Below are positions 35,047 through 44,812 of a stretch of 64,000 nucleotides of DNA, piece after piece. Each line of letters begins with the position of its first letter. Position 1 is the stretch's first letter. The position numbers and the translations under genes were made by a program. The notes beneath the pieces are model-generated. The model was not told the origin of the DNA and made no database searches. It worked only from the letters and a program-made list of their open reading frames with translations. This stretch comes from a virus: positions 96,001-160,000 of the IMG/VR virus record IMGVR_UViG_3300045972_000807; one strand, given 5' to 3'.

Positions 35047-35805
35047 TTAGATTGGCTGCGAAGTACCGCCGCCTCGCGAGTCGATGTGCGTATGGCCTTC
35101 CAGGCTCTTGCCGCCAACCACGCCTGTGGGTGAAGATATGGAACCCATAGAGGCTGCTCCTGAAACACTAGAATTGCCACCAACGGTTTCGTTACCACCC
35201 ACAGCGTTGTTTCCACCAATTGTGCTGTTACCTGACAGGTCGTAGTTACCAGATTGCGTGGTGTTTCCTTCTTGTTTCAAATTGCCTACGTGGTGTATGT
35301 CGCCTGTTATGTCCAGGTTAGAAATAATCGTAATCATCTTGCCAGCAGGTTCAAAGGTTACAATGGACCCTGCAAAGTGGTTAACCGTCATCTCCCCTGT
35401 GGTTACGTCTGTGTAGACAACCGTGCCCATAGGATCAATGTAGCCAACCCTATTAGGGTAGTTGGTCTTTAGTGCCGCGGGAAGGTTCTTAGCAAACTGG
35501 CTGGTAGGCACGTAACCTACGTACATACCGTGATGAACATCCCCGCCTTGGAACTTAACGACCACCAACGAACCTACAAGCGGAACCCGCACCACGCCAT
35601 AGTTTTCATTCATCCCAAATTCGCTTGGGTGCATAGGCCCTACCCAGGGCAGGCTCTCTGTGTCTTGGTCATCCAAGAACCCGGGCACAGTGACCTTGAT
35701 ACGCTGAAGCATCTGAGGGTCATTGTTGTGAACTACCTTACCTATGTGAAGAGCATCCTCAATGGGAATGCCTCCGCCTTCTGAGTTGGCTAAGCTGTCA
35801 AACAT
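35047..35805 (-). CDS. Baseplate central spike (gpV / gp5 OB-fold plus beta-helix)
   Basis: GKVVHNNDP...RIKVTVP...LPW...VP.VGS.V.V.F.GGD; beta-helix repeats; C-terminal HTH metal-binding tip. Confidence 0.92.
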   Translation of the reverse strand: MFDSLANSEGGGIPIEDALHIGKVVHNNDPQMLQRIKVTVPGFLDDQDTESLPWVGPMHPSEFGMNENYGVVRVPLVGSLVVVKFQGGDVHHGMYVGYVPTSQFAKNLPAALKTNYPNRVGYIDPMGTVVYTDVTTGEMTVNHFAGSIVTFEPAGKMITIISNLDITGDIHHVGNLKQEGNTTQSGNYDLSGNSTIGGNNAVGGNETVGGNSSVSGAASMGSISSPTGVVGGKSLEGHTHIDSRGGGTSQPI

Positions 35806-35807
35806 AA

Positions 35808-37016
35808 TTAGGAGTCTTGGTATAGTGGCGTAGAGATAGGTTCAAACTTGACGTTATCAGAAGCTTTCTTGCTCTGATCGGATGCAGCACTCCGACGGGT
35901 CAATTCAAACTTTTCATGGTACTGGGAGTTGGTTATAGATATAGCGTGGCTAACCACGATATAGGAGCCGTTAAGCTCAGACTGTTCAGCGGGAGCTGTG
36001 ATGTTGATGGTGTCAAAGACACTAACCTTAGGGTTCTCGATGGCTGGCATATTTATCAGGATATCCAACCCTACATTAAAAAGTGCTGTGCCTCGAATGT
36101 TCTGGTATCTTGACCTGTTATAGTTATCATGGACGTTGCCATAGTCTATAGCATAGCACTGGTGAGCACCTGACTCTACAAGGTCTCGAACGTCTTGGTT
36201 CATGTTGAACTCGCCACCTTCATTGATATCTGCGGCAATGTTGGTGTGCGTCCTATAAGGCGTGTCTCGTACTACGCTGTACTCGGTGGCCGTCTTCTTG
36301 TAACCTGCTTTACGGTTAGCGGAGCCACCCGAGTTCTTAGGCTGGTGGGATACAACCGTAATGTAACCTTGACGGATGTCGCTTATAAGCATCTTGGCTA
36401 CAGGCTCGTTAACGTCCAGCTTTGAGATGTCCTTATACCGCATAGTGCCGTCAAAGCACACGGCTAACTTCATGCAACTGGTATCGCTGCTGAACCCATG
36501 GTTAGCTATCTCGTTACAGAACGCATGGATTCTTTTTGCACCACCGTGCCAGGTTTGTTGGTCAGAGGTAACATCACCGTCGTAGGTAAGACCAGACTGC
36601 GTAGCCAACTGCTTCAACAAATCTCCACTGGTAAGGCTCTTGTACACGGCGTTGGTTGTCTGTATCCAGTACCTGGGAAAATCTAGGTAACCGTCAATGT
36701 CTACAACGTCACCCATCTTAGACGGGGAGACATGAAGGGAGTTTACTCTAAACTTGTAGGTAGCCGAAGCTACTTCTCGTGCAAGCAATGCTATTTCTAT
36801 CTGCGAAGCCTCAACCAACAACCCTGGATTGTTCTTGAAGAACTGGATACCGTCCGTAAACTGTAACCGTATCATGGGAATTTCAAGCTTGCTACTCTCA
36901 GACATATGCAGAATAGCTATGTGGGATTCCTTAGTGAACGGAAACTCCACGCCTGAGAAGTATAAAGAGACTCGGAATACGCCAGCTAGGGCGTATGGGC
37001 TGTTACCTATGGGCAT
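35808..37016 (-). CDS. Baseplate hub protein (gp27 / gpD-like)
   Basis: Size and position upstream of the spike; NGSYIVVSHAISI end motif. Confidence 0.7.
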   Translation of the reverse strand: MPIGNSPYALAGVFRVSLYFSGVEFPFTKESHIAILHMSESSKLEIPMIRLQFTDGIQFFKNNPGLLVEASQIEIALLAREVASATYKFRVNSLHVSPSKMGDVVDIDGYLDFPRYWIQTTNAVYKSLTSGDLLKQLATQSGLTYDGDVTSDQQTWHGGAKRIHAFCNEIANHGFSSDTSCMKLAVCFDGTMRYKDISKLDVNEPVAKMLISDIRQGYITVVSHQPKNSGGSANRKAGYKKTATEYSVVRDTPYRTHTNIAADINEGGEFNMNQDVRDLVESGAHQCYAIDYGNVHDNYNRSRYQNIRGTALFNVGLDILINMPAIENPKVSVFDTINITAPAEQSELNGSYIVVSHAISITNSQYHEKFELTRRSAASDQSKKASDNVKFEPISTPLYQDS

Positions 37017-37017
37017 A

Positions 37018-37374
37018 TCAAATCACAATCAAATTGCCTGCACCGGAGGCGCCACTACCTGAGGAACCGTTCTTAAGGGCGTTAAGAAGCGGGTCTAGTT
37101 TAGGAATACGCAAGGTCATTCCAACCTTAACGTCGTTAACCGAATCGTAGAGGCCGTTGTAGTGCAGCAGCGCGTACCACAAGAAGCGTGAACCCAGATA
37201 CTTGGCCGCGATGCCCGGGAGATTAGCCTCGTCACCCGCCTGGACAGTTATGGTGCGCTCTGCAGGCACGGTGAAGCGTATGTTATTAACCGAGCATTTC
37301 AGGATGTCCCAACGTCCCGAATCCTGAGCGCATACTGTGGCGTAATTTTCGTAGTCGTGTGTGCTATTGGGCAT
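37018..37374 (-). CDS. LysM-like baseplate protein (gp53 / gpX-like)
   Basis: LPGIAAKYLGS..LWYALLHYNG...VGMTLRIP. Confidence 0.85.
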   Translation of the reverse strand: MPNSTHDYENYATVCAQDSGRWDILKCSVNNIRFTVPAERTITVQAGDEANLPGIAAKYLGSRFLWYALLHYNGLYDSVNDVKVGMTLRIPKLDPLLNALKNGSSGSGASGAGNLIVI

Positions 37375-37380
37375 GGTACT

Positions 37381-38466
37381 TTATCCTATTAGCTTATTGT
37401 AGAGCGCTGCGGTTTGTGGAGCATTGCCGTTACCCATAGGCATAAGCATCTTCATAATGTCACGCTGGGTAAGCGTATAGAACGTTTCAAACACCACGTC
37501 CACTTTGATCATCGCGTTGATACCGCTAGACATTCCCGGCCCCAAACCGATCGGTGAAATGCGTTGGGTTTGATTAACCGATTTTATGACCACGTTATCC
37601 AGATAAAACCCACCGCCTATCTGGACACTAATGCTTTGGTCTACGTGGTCCTTAATCATCTTGGAAACAGCCGCGGCAGCTTGGTCAGCAACCTTGCTAC
37701 CAGCGGCTACAGCGCTGGAACCTAGAGACGCAACCTTCTCGGCAGCGCCTGTTAGTATGCCAGTGGCTTGCCCCAGCAGGCTATTATCTGTAGACGTCAT
37801 AGGCACTGAGGTTTGTGTTTGGGTATTGGGAACCATTGTGCTACTTGGGCTAGTAGCCATAACCTTGTCAGCAGACTGACCTCCTGAGCCCTGCGCTTGC
37901 ATGTTGAACCTGGGGCCTGGGCTAGATAGAAATCCACCTGCCAAAGATTCCTTGGGCATAGACAGATACATCAGCTGCATTAGGGGCATCATTACCTCTA
38001 CGTCAGCGTCTTTTTCAACCTGGAAGATCAAAGGTAGACTAAGGGTTGTAGAGCCGGCACCATTCCAGACTTTAGCTGTCAACGCTTGAGTAAACGCTTT
38101 AGTACCGCCCAGCTTAGCCAGCTTGTTTATGCTTTGCGCCGCTGCTCTAAGTCTGTCTGGTACCGCGTTCATTAGAGTTTCTTCAACCATGTTCTGGTAA
38201 GGGGAGTCGTAATCAACGGCTGTGTCGAAGGCAAACTCAGCTGGGCAGTCTGCTATGATGCTGATAACTCCAGCGTTTTCGGTCTGCGCTTGAATCTTTA
38301 CCTTGTAAAAGGAGTTTCCATCCGTAGCTGGGTTTCCACCAGATGAAGCATTGGGCTTTGCTCCCCCAAGTCCCCCCATCTGTGTCATACCCGCGGTTTT
38401 AGCCATGTCAACTAGGCTAGAAGCGTTAGTATTGCTAACGCTAAAGTTGTCAAATAGTCCTGCCAT
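37381..38466 (-). CDS. Baseplate / tail-tube junction protein (gp48-like)
   Basis: Position and tube-fold-like segments (KVWNGAG..LSLPLIF; ISVQIG..YLDNVVIKSV). Confidence 0.55.
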   Translation of the reverse strand: MAGLFDNFSVSNTNASSLVDMAKTAGMTQMGGLGGAKPNASSGGNPATDGNSFYKVKIQAQTENAGVISIIADCPAEFAFDTAVDYDSPYQNMVEETLMNAVPDRLRAAAQSINKLAKLGGTKAFTQALTAKVWNGAGSTTLSLPLIFQVEKDADVEVMMPLMQLMYLSMPKESLAGGFLSSPGPRFNMQAQGSGGQSADKVMATSPSSTMVPNTQTQTSVPMTSTDNSLLGQATGILTGAAEKVASLGSSAVAAGSKVADQAAAAVSKMIKDHVDQSISVQIGGGFYLDNVVIKSVNQTQRISPIGLGPGMSSGINAMIKVDVVFETFYTLTQRDIMKMLMPMGNGNAPQTAALYNKLIG

Positions 38467-38482
38467 GTCTTACTCCAATGTC

Positions 38483-39823
38483 CTATACCGATGCCATCTG
38501 ACCGTTAGGTAATCTAAAAGGCTCTTCTGTTCTAGCTGATGCTTGCGGGTCTACTCTACGCTTGGGACCGCCACCACTGCCCCCTTCGCCACCACCCTCA
38601 GCCGAAGCTACTTGGGTGGGAGCAGCTTTAACCTTGGTGGACGTTGAGGTAGACGCTGTTACCTTTGGGGGCTCTATAGAAGCTAGCTGAATAGGCTCAG
38701 GAGTTCTTTGTGACGCTGCTAACTGCTGCGGCCTTTGACTACTCATAACCCCTATACTCTTAGCTACTGCTACCTTCTGACCGCTAACGTCTACATTGGC
38801 GGCAGCGTAATGAATCTTCATTGACGCTTCAGCGTTCCTGAGGTAGTTACCTAAACCGCCTTGCGTCAATTCAGATGCCTGGTTAGCCACAAAGCGTTTT
38901 GTTTGCTCGTCCCACTTTGTAGAATCTTTCTCAGAAAGCATCTTGTTTACAGTACCAGCGCCCAGGTTATGGGCCGCGTAGAGCAAGCCTAGCGTTGTCT
39001 CTTTGTATCCCGCAGCAGCAACCGCCGATGCGATACGCTTTCTGTTTATCACCATAAGCTTAGCAGTAGCAAGAGCATTGAGATAAGGATCATACCTGGG
39101 ATCATCTGAACCGCCTGTTAAAGCTGGGAGTTTTAGACCCGAACTTTTTATGTCCTCCCAAGCTGATTTACCAATTTGGCCCAACCCTAGATACTGGGTG
39201 CTACGAGCTCTGGGGTCACCACCCGACTCTAAATGAATCATAGCCCTAAGCCACGTAACATTTTCCCCTACCGCCTTAGCTGCTCTTGCTATAGCACTGT
39301 CCACTGACTCACTGTTATCTTTTGATAACATTGTTTCGGACTTCCCAGACATGGGCGTCGTCCTAGGCGCAGTGGAGGATGCCGAGGCGGGTCCTTTCTC
39401 TACTTTAGGGGTTGCAACTTCATCTGCAATACTCTTGTTGATCTCGTCTAGCTGCGGATCAGCATCATCTACATCCGCTCTTGACGTACCTGGGTACGCC
39501 CCAGAGCTACCCGCGGTTGACGCGCTTTCTGCTGTACTTGCCATAGCCTTTTTACCAGCAAGCAACGCGGCTATACCCCCGAGGGTTAGCATAACGCCCT
39601 TAAGCGATATCTTAGACAAGATACTTTTCTTGTTCTTAAGAGACTCTTTACCGCCTTCGTTCTTACTTGCCTCCTCGTTCTTTTTCTTTTGACCTAGTAG
39701 AACGCTAACGGTATTCCGCAGGGTAAGGATAACCTGACTATCATCGTTAGCCGGCTTTTCGTCTGGAAGATGCTTAACCTCAGGGGGCTTAACTAAGCCA
39801 AGTGCTTCCTTGTCTATTTTCAT
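38483..39823 (-). CDS. Tail-associated lytic transglycosylase
   Basis: AMIHLESGGDPRA, YLGLGQI, YAAHNLGAG. Confidence 0.85.
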   Translation of the reverse strand: MKIDKEALGLVKPPEVKHLPDEKPANDDSQVILTLRNTVSVLLGQKKKNEEASKNEGGKESLKNKKSILSKISLKGVMLTLGGIAALLAGKKAMASTAESASTAGSSGAYPGTSRADVDDADPQLDEINKSIADEVATPKVEKGPASASSTAPRTTPMSGKSETMLSKDNSESVDSAIARAAKAVGENVTWLRAMIHLESGGDPRARSTQYLGLGQIGKSAWEDIKSSGLKLPALTGGSDDPRYDPYLNALATAKLMVINRKRIASAVAAAGYKETTLGLLYAAHNLGAGTVNKMLSEKDSTKWDEQTKRFVANQASELTQGGLGNYLRNAEASMKIHYAAANVDVSGQKVAVAKSIGVMSSQRPQQLAASQRTPEPIQLASIEPPKVTASTSTSTKVKAAPTQVASAEGGGEGGSGGGPKRRVDPQASARTEEPFRLPNGQMASV

Positions 39824-42486
39824 GCCATTGCCTGCACGTTAGTAGCGTAGAACGCCGGGTCGTTAAACATAAAGGTTGGGACACTAGCCACAGATATAGC
39901 TGAACCCCGGTTAGCTCCGCCACCACCGCCTCCTCGCCCGGCGCCGGCGCCTACGTTAGAAGGACCTTCTACCGAAGTTACAGACGAATTGTCATCTGAG
40001 GAAGCCACGGAGATCTGTCCGTTTTTAGTATTGGAGTTACCTGCGGATTTTGTAGGAGCGTCGACCGTCGACTCGCCTGCACTCTTTGTGCTAACCGGGC
40101 CAGCCCCAATGGCGTCGCCTGAGACTAAACTACCACTGCCCGATATAGCGTTCTGTGCTCCGGCTAATTGCAAGTGCTGGCGTTCCCGAGGACCTGAGAT
40201 TCTCTCAAAGCCGTTCTTGGCTATGAGTCCCATGCGATCCATCTCGTCTACTTGGGAAGGATCAGCGTCCACAGCTAACCCTACCTCGTGCAAGCTACTA
40301 CCTGGGGGATTAGCTGGGTTAGCTCCAGGTTTACCAGCCTTGTAGTCGGCGTAAAGCTGAGCCTGTTTTTCTCTAGACCTAAACCCGGAGTTTATCTTTA
40401 GCTTTTTACCAGTGGCTGAGTTGTAGTCAGAAGCCAAGGAGGTAAGGTTGCTAGTGGCCTGAGGCGTTAGGTCGCTTAGGTCTACGTTGCCTGTGGTGGT
40501 TACTAGGTTCTGTAATTTCTCCGAACCCGGGCCGCTTACAGACGTAGCCTTGCCGTCACTGCCGCCGTTACTGGCAATTGAAGACATTTGGGCTTGGCCG
40601 TTACCGCGTCCGCTACCAGCCGCACTAGAAGCCGCAGAAGAAGGGGCTGCTGAGCCTGACGATGCGCCTGCCTTGGACGCAGAGGCTGCTACCGAGGCGG
40701 AGTCTTTAGCCATCGCTGAAACCTGGGCTTGGCCGTTACCGCGCCCACCGCCCGCGCCAGTAGACGGTAAAGGAGCGCCAGATGTAGCCCCAGGCTTCTT
40801 AATGTTCTGTGGCGGTACTTCTAAACCAAGATTCTTCTTGAGGACTGCGGCTTCCTCAGGAGAGAACGTGGCACCGGATTCAAACTGCCACTGGTACTTC
40901 TTGATTAGTGCTTTCTTCTTTGTGCCAAACAGATCAGACGAGATACCCAAGGTTGAAGCAAACGTCGTATCCGCATTTAACCGCTCTACGCGGCTCATGT
41001 CCTGTTGAGGTTTAAGTCCCTGACCTCCAAGTGCTTTCTGGGCGCTGTTAAGCACTTTACCAGTGCCAGTCATGTTGCCTTTTTTGTCCCTAATGGACGC
41101 TGTCTCAGCCCACTTGGTAACGCCGTACATTACGGCCAAGGGCGCAACAGCCAGTGCTACTGTGCCGAGGATTCCAACAATGCTAGATATCCCCGCGCCT
41201 ATGCTGGAAACCTTACTCAGCAGATCCATTGGCAAGCTATTACCGCTACCGCTGCTTGAACCTCCCCCTAATCCGTCTTTGGCCAGCTTAGCCAAAGACT
41301 TGTTTATACCCTTTAGCTCGTCGGTCTCGGCCTTAGCGTCTTCTTCAGCCCGCATCCGGTAAATGTCGTCTCCACCCGGCTCGCCTTGTGGCCTTGCTGA
41401 CTCTTTAAGGTCACTAAATGGGTTGGACTTATTATTCCCAAACATCTCAGGATGCTCTTCTTTTAGGTCAGCCAGGTCATTGGCCTTCTTAGCAGCATCC
41501 TCGTTCTTTTTGTATCGGTCAGCTATGCTGATGTTATTCATTGCCCGACGGTTAGCATTAAGGTCGTTTATAGTCCGACCTTCCCCAAAGCCCAACTTGC
41601 CCACCGTGGCTTTTGCAAAGTTGGTTAGGGTAAGAGCGTCTTTAGCGTCCTTAATACTGTCGAGTTTACGGTTAATGAACCCCCGCTTCTCAGCAAGCTT
41701 CTCAGCAGTCTTAAACGCGGCTTGCGTGGACTCGTCTGACGCCTCAAGCTTCTTATCTATTCTCTTCTGGATTGCCTCAAAGTCAGCTACGTTATTCTTG
41801 CGAGCGTTATCAAGCTGAAAAGCCAACAGCTTGCGAAGCTCAGCATCTCCCGTGGCCGAGGCTATCTTCATCTTTGCTTGCAAAGCATTTATAGTTTCGC
41901 GGCGATTCTTTAGGAAGTCAGCTTCCTTGCCCTTGTACTCTTCACGCCGTTCCTTCAGCTGCTCTTTCGCTATCTGTTTACCTATGCGGGTACCCAGAAG
42001 GTTAGCAGCCGCAGCATCAGCTTTTTTGGCCGCCTCTAATGAGGCCAACACCTTGTTGGCTTTTTCAGCAAACGAACCTTTGACTTCCTCTAGCTCATCT
42101 GAAAGAGCTTCTATTGCTTCAAGGTTGTCTTGGGTTTGCTGCTTCTGGTTCTTTTCAACCAATGCCCCTAGCTTCTTCTGCAGGGCGGCGACCTTCTTGG
42201 CTTCATCCCGTTCGATCTCCGCAGCCTTGCTAAAGCCCTCTATGGCAGCAAGCATTACTTCAGCACTGGACTTTTTGTTCTCGATGGCGTCCTTCATCAT
42301 AGCCTTTACCTGGGCTGCGCTCTTTTTAGAAGCGCCTGCCTTGGCGTTAGCGGCTCGGACGTGTTCCCCGGCAATGGAATTTTCAAGGTCGGCTTCGTGC
42401 TTAGCATAAGCCTCAGCATGCTTGGCATGTTGCTGCTGTACTTGCTTAGCCTTGTTGTTTCCCTTGCCTTTACCTTTGGTAGCCAT
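39820..42486 (-). CDS. Tape measure protein with C-terminal M15-type peptidase domain
   Basis: Long A/K-rich helical region; INSGFRS..KQ..LY...PPGSSLHEVGLAVD...ERQH; GAGGA RBS before ATG 42486. Confidence 0.85.
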   Translation of the reverse strand: MATKGKGKGNNKAKQVQQQHAKHAEAYAKHEADLENSIAGEHVRAANAKAGASKKSAAQVKAMMKDAIENKKSSAEVMLAAIEGFSKAAEIERDEAKKVAALQKKLGALVEKNQKQQTQDNLEAIEALSDELEEVKGSFAEKANKVLASLEAAKKADAAAANLLGTRIGKQIAKEQLKERREEYKGKEADFLKNRRETINALQAKMKIASATGDAELRKLLAFQLDNARKNNVADFEAIQKRIDKKLEASDESTQAAFKTAEKLAEKRGFINRKLDSIKDAKDALTLTNFAKATVGKLGFGEGRTINDLNANRRAMNNISIADRYKKNEDAAKKANDLADLKEEHPEMFGNNKSNPFSDLKESARPQGEPGGDDIYRMRAEEDAKAETDELKGINKSLAKLAKDGLGGGSSSGSGNSLPMDLLSKVSSIGAGISSIVGILGTVALAVAPLAVMYGVTKWAETASIRDKKGNMTGTGKVLNSAQKALGGQGLKPQQDMSRVERLNADTTFASTLGISSDLFGTKKKALIKKYQWQFESGATFSPEEAAVLKKNLGLEVPPQNIKKPGATSGAPLPSTGAGGGRGNGQAQVSAMAKDSASVAASASKAGASSGSAAPSSAASSAAGSGRGNGQAQMSSIASNGGSDGKATSVSGPGSEKLQNLVTTTGNVDLSDLTPQATSNLTSLASDYNSATGKKLKINSGFRSREKQAQLYADYKAGKPGANPANPPGSSLHEVGLAVDADPSQVDEMDRMGLIAKNGFERISGPRERQHLQLAGAQNAISGSGSLVSGDAIGAGPVSTKSAGESTVDAPTKSAGNSNTKNGQISVASSDDNSSVTSVEGPSNVGAGAGRGGGGGGANRGSAISVASVPTFMFNDPAFYATNVQAMA

Positions 42487-42501
42487 CGTGTGTATCCTCA
42501 A

Positions 42502-42708
42502 TTAACCGTTGCGTGACTTACGGCTGCTGTTTCGTGCTTGCGCTGCAAGCTTCTTCTGTTCAACCATAGCATTAGCTGTCTTTACGAATGCCATTATCGT
42601 GTGCATTGGAAGATTAAGTGTGTCGATGAACACACCCATTTCCCGTGCTACAAGAATGGCCCCGTCGTCCAGATAAGAGGCTGTAAAGAAGTCGAAGAAC
42701 TTATAGAA
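42502..42708 (-). CDS. Tail assembly chaperone C-terminal extension (probable frameshift product)
   Basis: Open +1 frame, 68 aa: FYKFFDFFTASYLDDGAILVAREMGVFIDTLNLPMHTIMAFVKTANAMVEQKKLAAQARNSSRKSRNG. Overlaps the chaperone stop and fills the gap to the tape measure gene. Confidence 0.65.
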   Translation of the reverse strand, partial: FYKFFDFFTASYLDDGAILVAREMGVFIDTLNLPMHTIMAFVKTANAMVEQKKLAAQARNSSRKSRNG

Positions 42709-43627
42709 AATCGCGCACAGAGATCGTTACATCGGTAACATTCTCTGCGCCACACTCCTTGCAAATAGATTTAAGGGCGGCGGTTACGCCGTGATTTTGT
42801 GCCACGGCCCTATAGGCCTCAAGGCACTTGAACTGGGCGACGCTCATGTCGCGAACCTTTTCAGCGCGCTCTTCGAGGGTACCTCCTTTAAGGTAGGCAG
42901 CCAGATCGTAGATGAAGACGTCTTCTTCGTTATCGCTGCGGTCAGCATAATTCTCTTCCCACTCAATGGCATCCCGCATCGTATAGACGCCCAGGTCGTA
43001 GCCACTTAACGGAGTGAGGTCCAAGGCTTTCAAGGCCTCAGGATTGAATATGATTTCCTTGAGGGTAGGACGGTCATACGTCATAATGTAGTTCAGGGAA
43101 GCCTCAGGCATCTCACCGTCGTCTACCTTATGGTTGTGCTCGGGGTTGCGACACTCTACTGCTGTGCGGCGCGGGCTAGCCGGATAAGAGAGCAACAGAA
43201 TGAAATGCAATAGCCATTTGAAGTCGTAGGCGGTAAGGTCGAGTGCTGATATGCCGTCGCCTAGCAGAAAGCTAACGCCCTCAACCAAGTAGCGAGCATT
43301 GCCTTCGGCTCCGGCTCGGGTGAACTTGGCTTGGACTCTTCCTGTAACCTTCTTCACGCTGAGTGCTTTGAAGTCGTAGAAGAAGAAGTCACTGGGGAGC
43401 TTTACCGAGTAAAAGTCGGCATCCTTTTCAGCGTCAGGCTTGCCTACTTGTTCCAGTCCCCAGGCGTCTGACGGAGACTCTTTTTTGATTACGCGTTGCT
43501 CCGGCGTGAGAATAGACTGAGGCTGAGCCTTAGGTTCCTCAACGGCTGCTCCAGGGAAGCCCCACTGTTGGGTGGCTCCTGGGTTTTGCGGCTTTAGGTT
43601 AAGCTGCTTGGTGGGGTGTGCGATCAT
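42701..43627 (-). CDS. Tail assembly chaperone / baseplate hub assembly protein (gp26-like)
   Basis: VKLPS..FFY, LDLT.YD, C-terminal CKECG...ISVRDFL; upstream of the tape measure gene. Confidence 0.75.
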   Translation of the reverse strand: MIAHPTKQLNLKPQNPGATQQWGFPGAAVEEPKAQPQSILTPEQRVIKKESPSDAWGLEQVGKPDAEKDADFYSVKLPSDFFFYDFKALSVKKVTGRVQAKFTRAGAEGNARYLVEGVSFLLGDGISALDLTAYDFKWLLHFILLLSYPASPRRTAVECRNPEHNHKVDDGEMPEASLNYIMTYDRPTLKEIIFNPEALKALDLTPLSGYDLGVYTMRDAIEWEENYADRSDNEEDVFIYDLAAYLKGGTLEERAEKVRDMSVAQFKCLEAYRAVAQNHGVTAALKSICKECGAENVTDVTISVRDFL

Positions 43628-43649
43628 AATTATGTGCTCCTGACGTTAA

Positions 43650-44582
43650 CTAAAATTTCAAGGCTGAGTTTATTCTACCTTGTACCGAATTTATTGTGTC
43701 TTGTGCGCTCTTAACGGCGCCCTGAAACTGACTTAACTGTGCTGGGATTTTAGGTATACCTACGTTACTTGTATCTCCGGTTGATGCTGTTACTGCCGCG
43801 ATGCTTTGTATAACGGCATCCTTGCTAGAGTCGTAGTTCATTTTGAAATCGTCTACGCTAAGCGTTAACGAGGACTCCAATGCAGCAGCCGCCCCAGACG
43901 TTAGCTGATAGTCTCCCCAGGCTGTAGGCCAGCAACCTAGCAGTTGTATGTCGATCACCACCTTTCTCGTAGGGTCCAAGATAAACACAAAGATGTCTTT
44001 CTTGTAAGCCACGGGTGGCTGGTAAAAGTTGTCATCTCTGTACACCGAACGTATCCAGTTATTACAGAAATTAAAAGCAAGGCCAGACACGTCCGAATAT
44101 ATCTTTACCGTGCAGGTTCCTAGTGTAAACCACTCGGCATACTTCTTTTCCTTACCGGCCACAAACTTTTGGGAGGCCCCAAAGTTAGGCGCCGGTACTG
44201 TGATCTCATCTATGTAATACCAAGGCAAGGTATCGTTTGTCCCAGGGCTCTTGTTAACCACGATGGCCATCCACTCGAAGTTAGTAACCGGGTCCAGACG
44301 TTTTAACAGATCGCTCTTAACGTCCCTCGCAGCAAAAGCCGCGCCTGTTGTGCGTGTGGGGCTGTTAGCGTTTTGGGTTCCACCGAACAGACTAGATATC
44401 TGCCCACTGGACGCTGACTTAAGCATCGCCGTAGGATTAACCTGCGCTATGTTTGTACCCAGTGTGCTGTTGACCTTGGACACAAAGGAGTTTAACGGCG
44501 TGGACTTAGCGTTCAGTCCGCCGCCCATGCCTTCTACGGCGTTTCCACCTATCTTCTGGCCTAAAGCTGTAAAATCAACCAT
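43650..44582 (-). CDS. Tail-tube-fold baseplate protein (gp54-like tube initiator)
   Basis: DPVTNFEW, EITVP, YKKDIFVFILD...LLGCWPT tube-like motifs. Confidence 0.65.
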   Translation of the reverse strand: MVDFTALGQKIGGNAVEGMGGGLNAKSTPLNSFVSKVNSTLGTNIAQVNPTAMLKSASSGQISSLFGGTQNANSPTRTTGAAFAARDVKSDLLKRLDPVTNFEWMAIVVNKSPGTNDTLPWYYIDEITVPAPNFGASQKFVAGKEKKYAEWFTLGTCTVKIYSDVSGLAFNFCNNWIRSVYRDDNFYQPPVAYKKDIFVFILDPTRKVVIDIQLLGCWPTAWGDYQLTSGAAAALESSLTLSVDDFKMNYDSSKDAVIQSIAAVTASTGDTSNVGIPKIPAQLSQFQGAVKSAQDTINSVQGRINSALKF

Positions 44583-44812
44583 TCAAAACTCCAAGGGTAA
44601 AGCGTTAAGTCTAATGCACCTAGCGTAGGTCAGACAGGTGCTAAAATGGCAGATGTGGATAACGGTGCACAAGAGCCAAAATGGGCGTTCTCGGTGGGAT
44701 AATTAGGTTTTTGGATTGAGTGCTCCACAGAACGTAGAAACACCTATTACCTAGGAACGCCGCCGAATTGGACGCTTGGTAAATGTGGGCGCCGATGACC
44801 GGCGAGGCGCCC

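Noticed and set aside
42701-42760. Canonical -1 slippery heptamer for the chaperone frameshift
   Set aside because: No XXXYYYZ heptamer near the stop, and the -1 frame closes after about 20 codons; only the +1/-2 frame reaches the tape measure gene
44609-44641. H-type pseudoknot (GCACCT/AGGTGC with GTCTGA/TTAGAC)
   Set aside because: Loop lengths of 0 and 1 nt make both stems sterically incompatible at once
44654-44662. Perfect DnaA box (TTATCCACA on the minus strand)
   Set aside because: Single copy; roughly 0.5 such 9-mers are expected by chance in 64 kb over two strands
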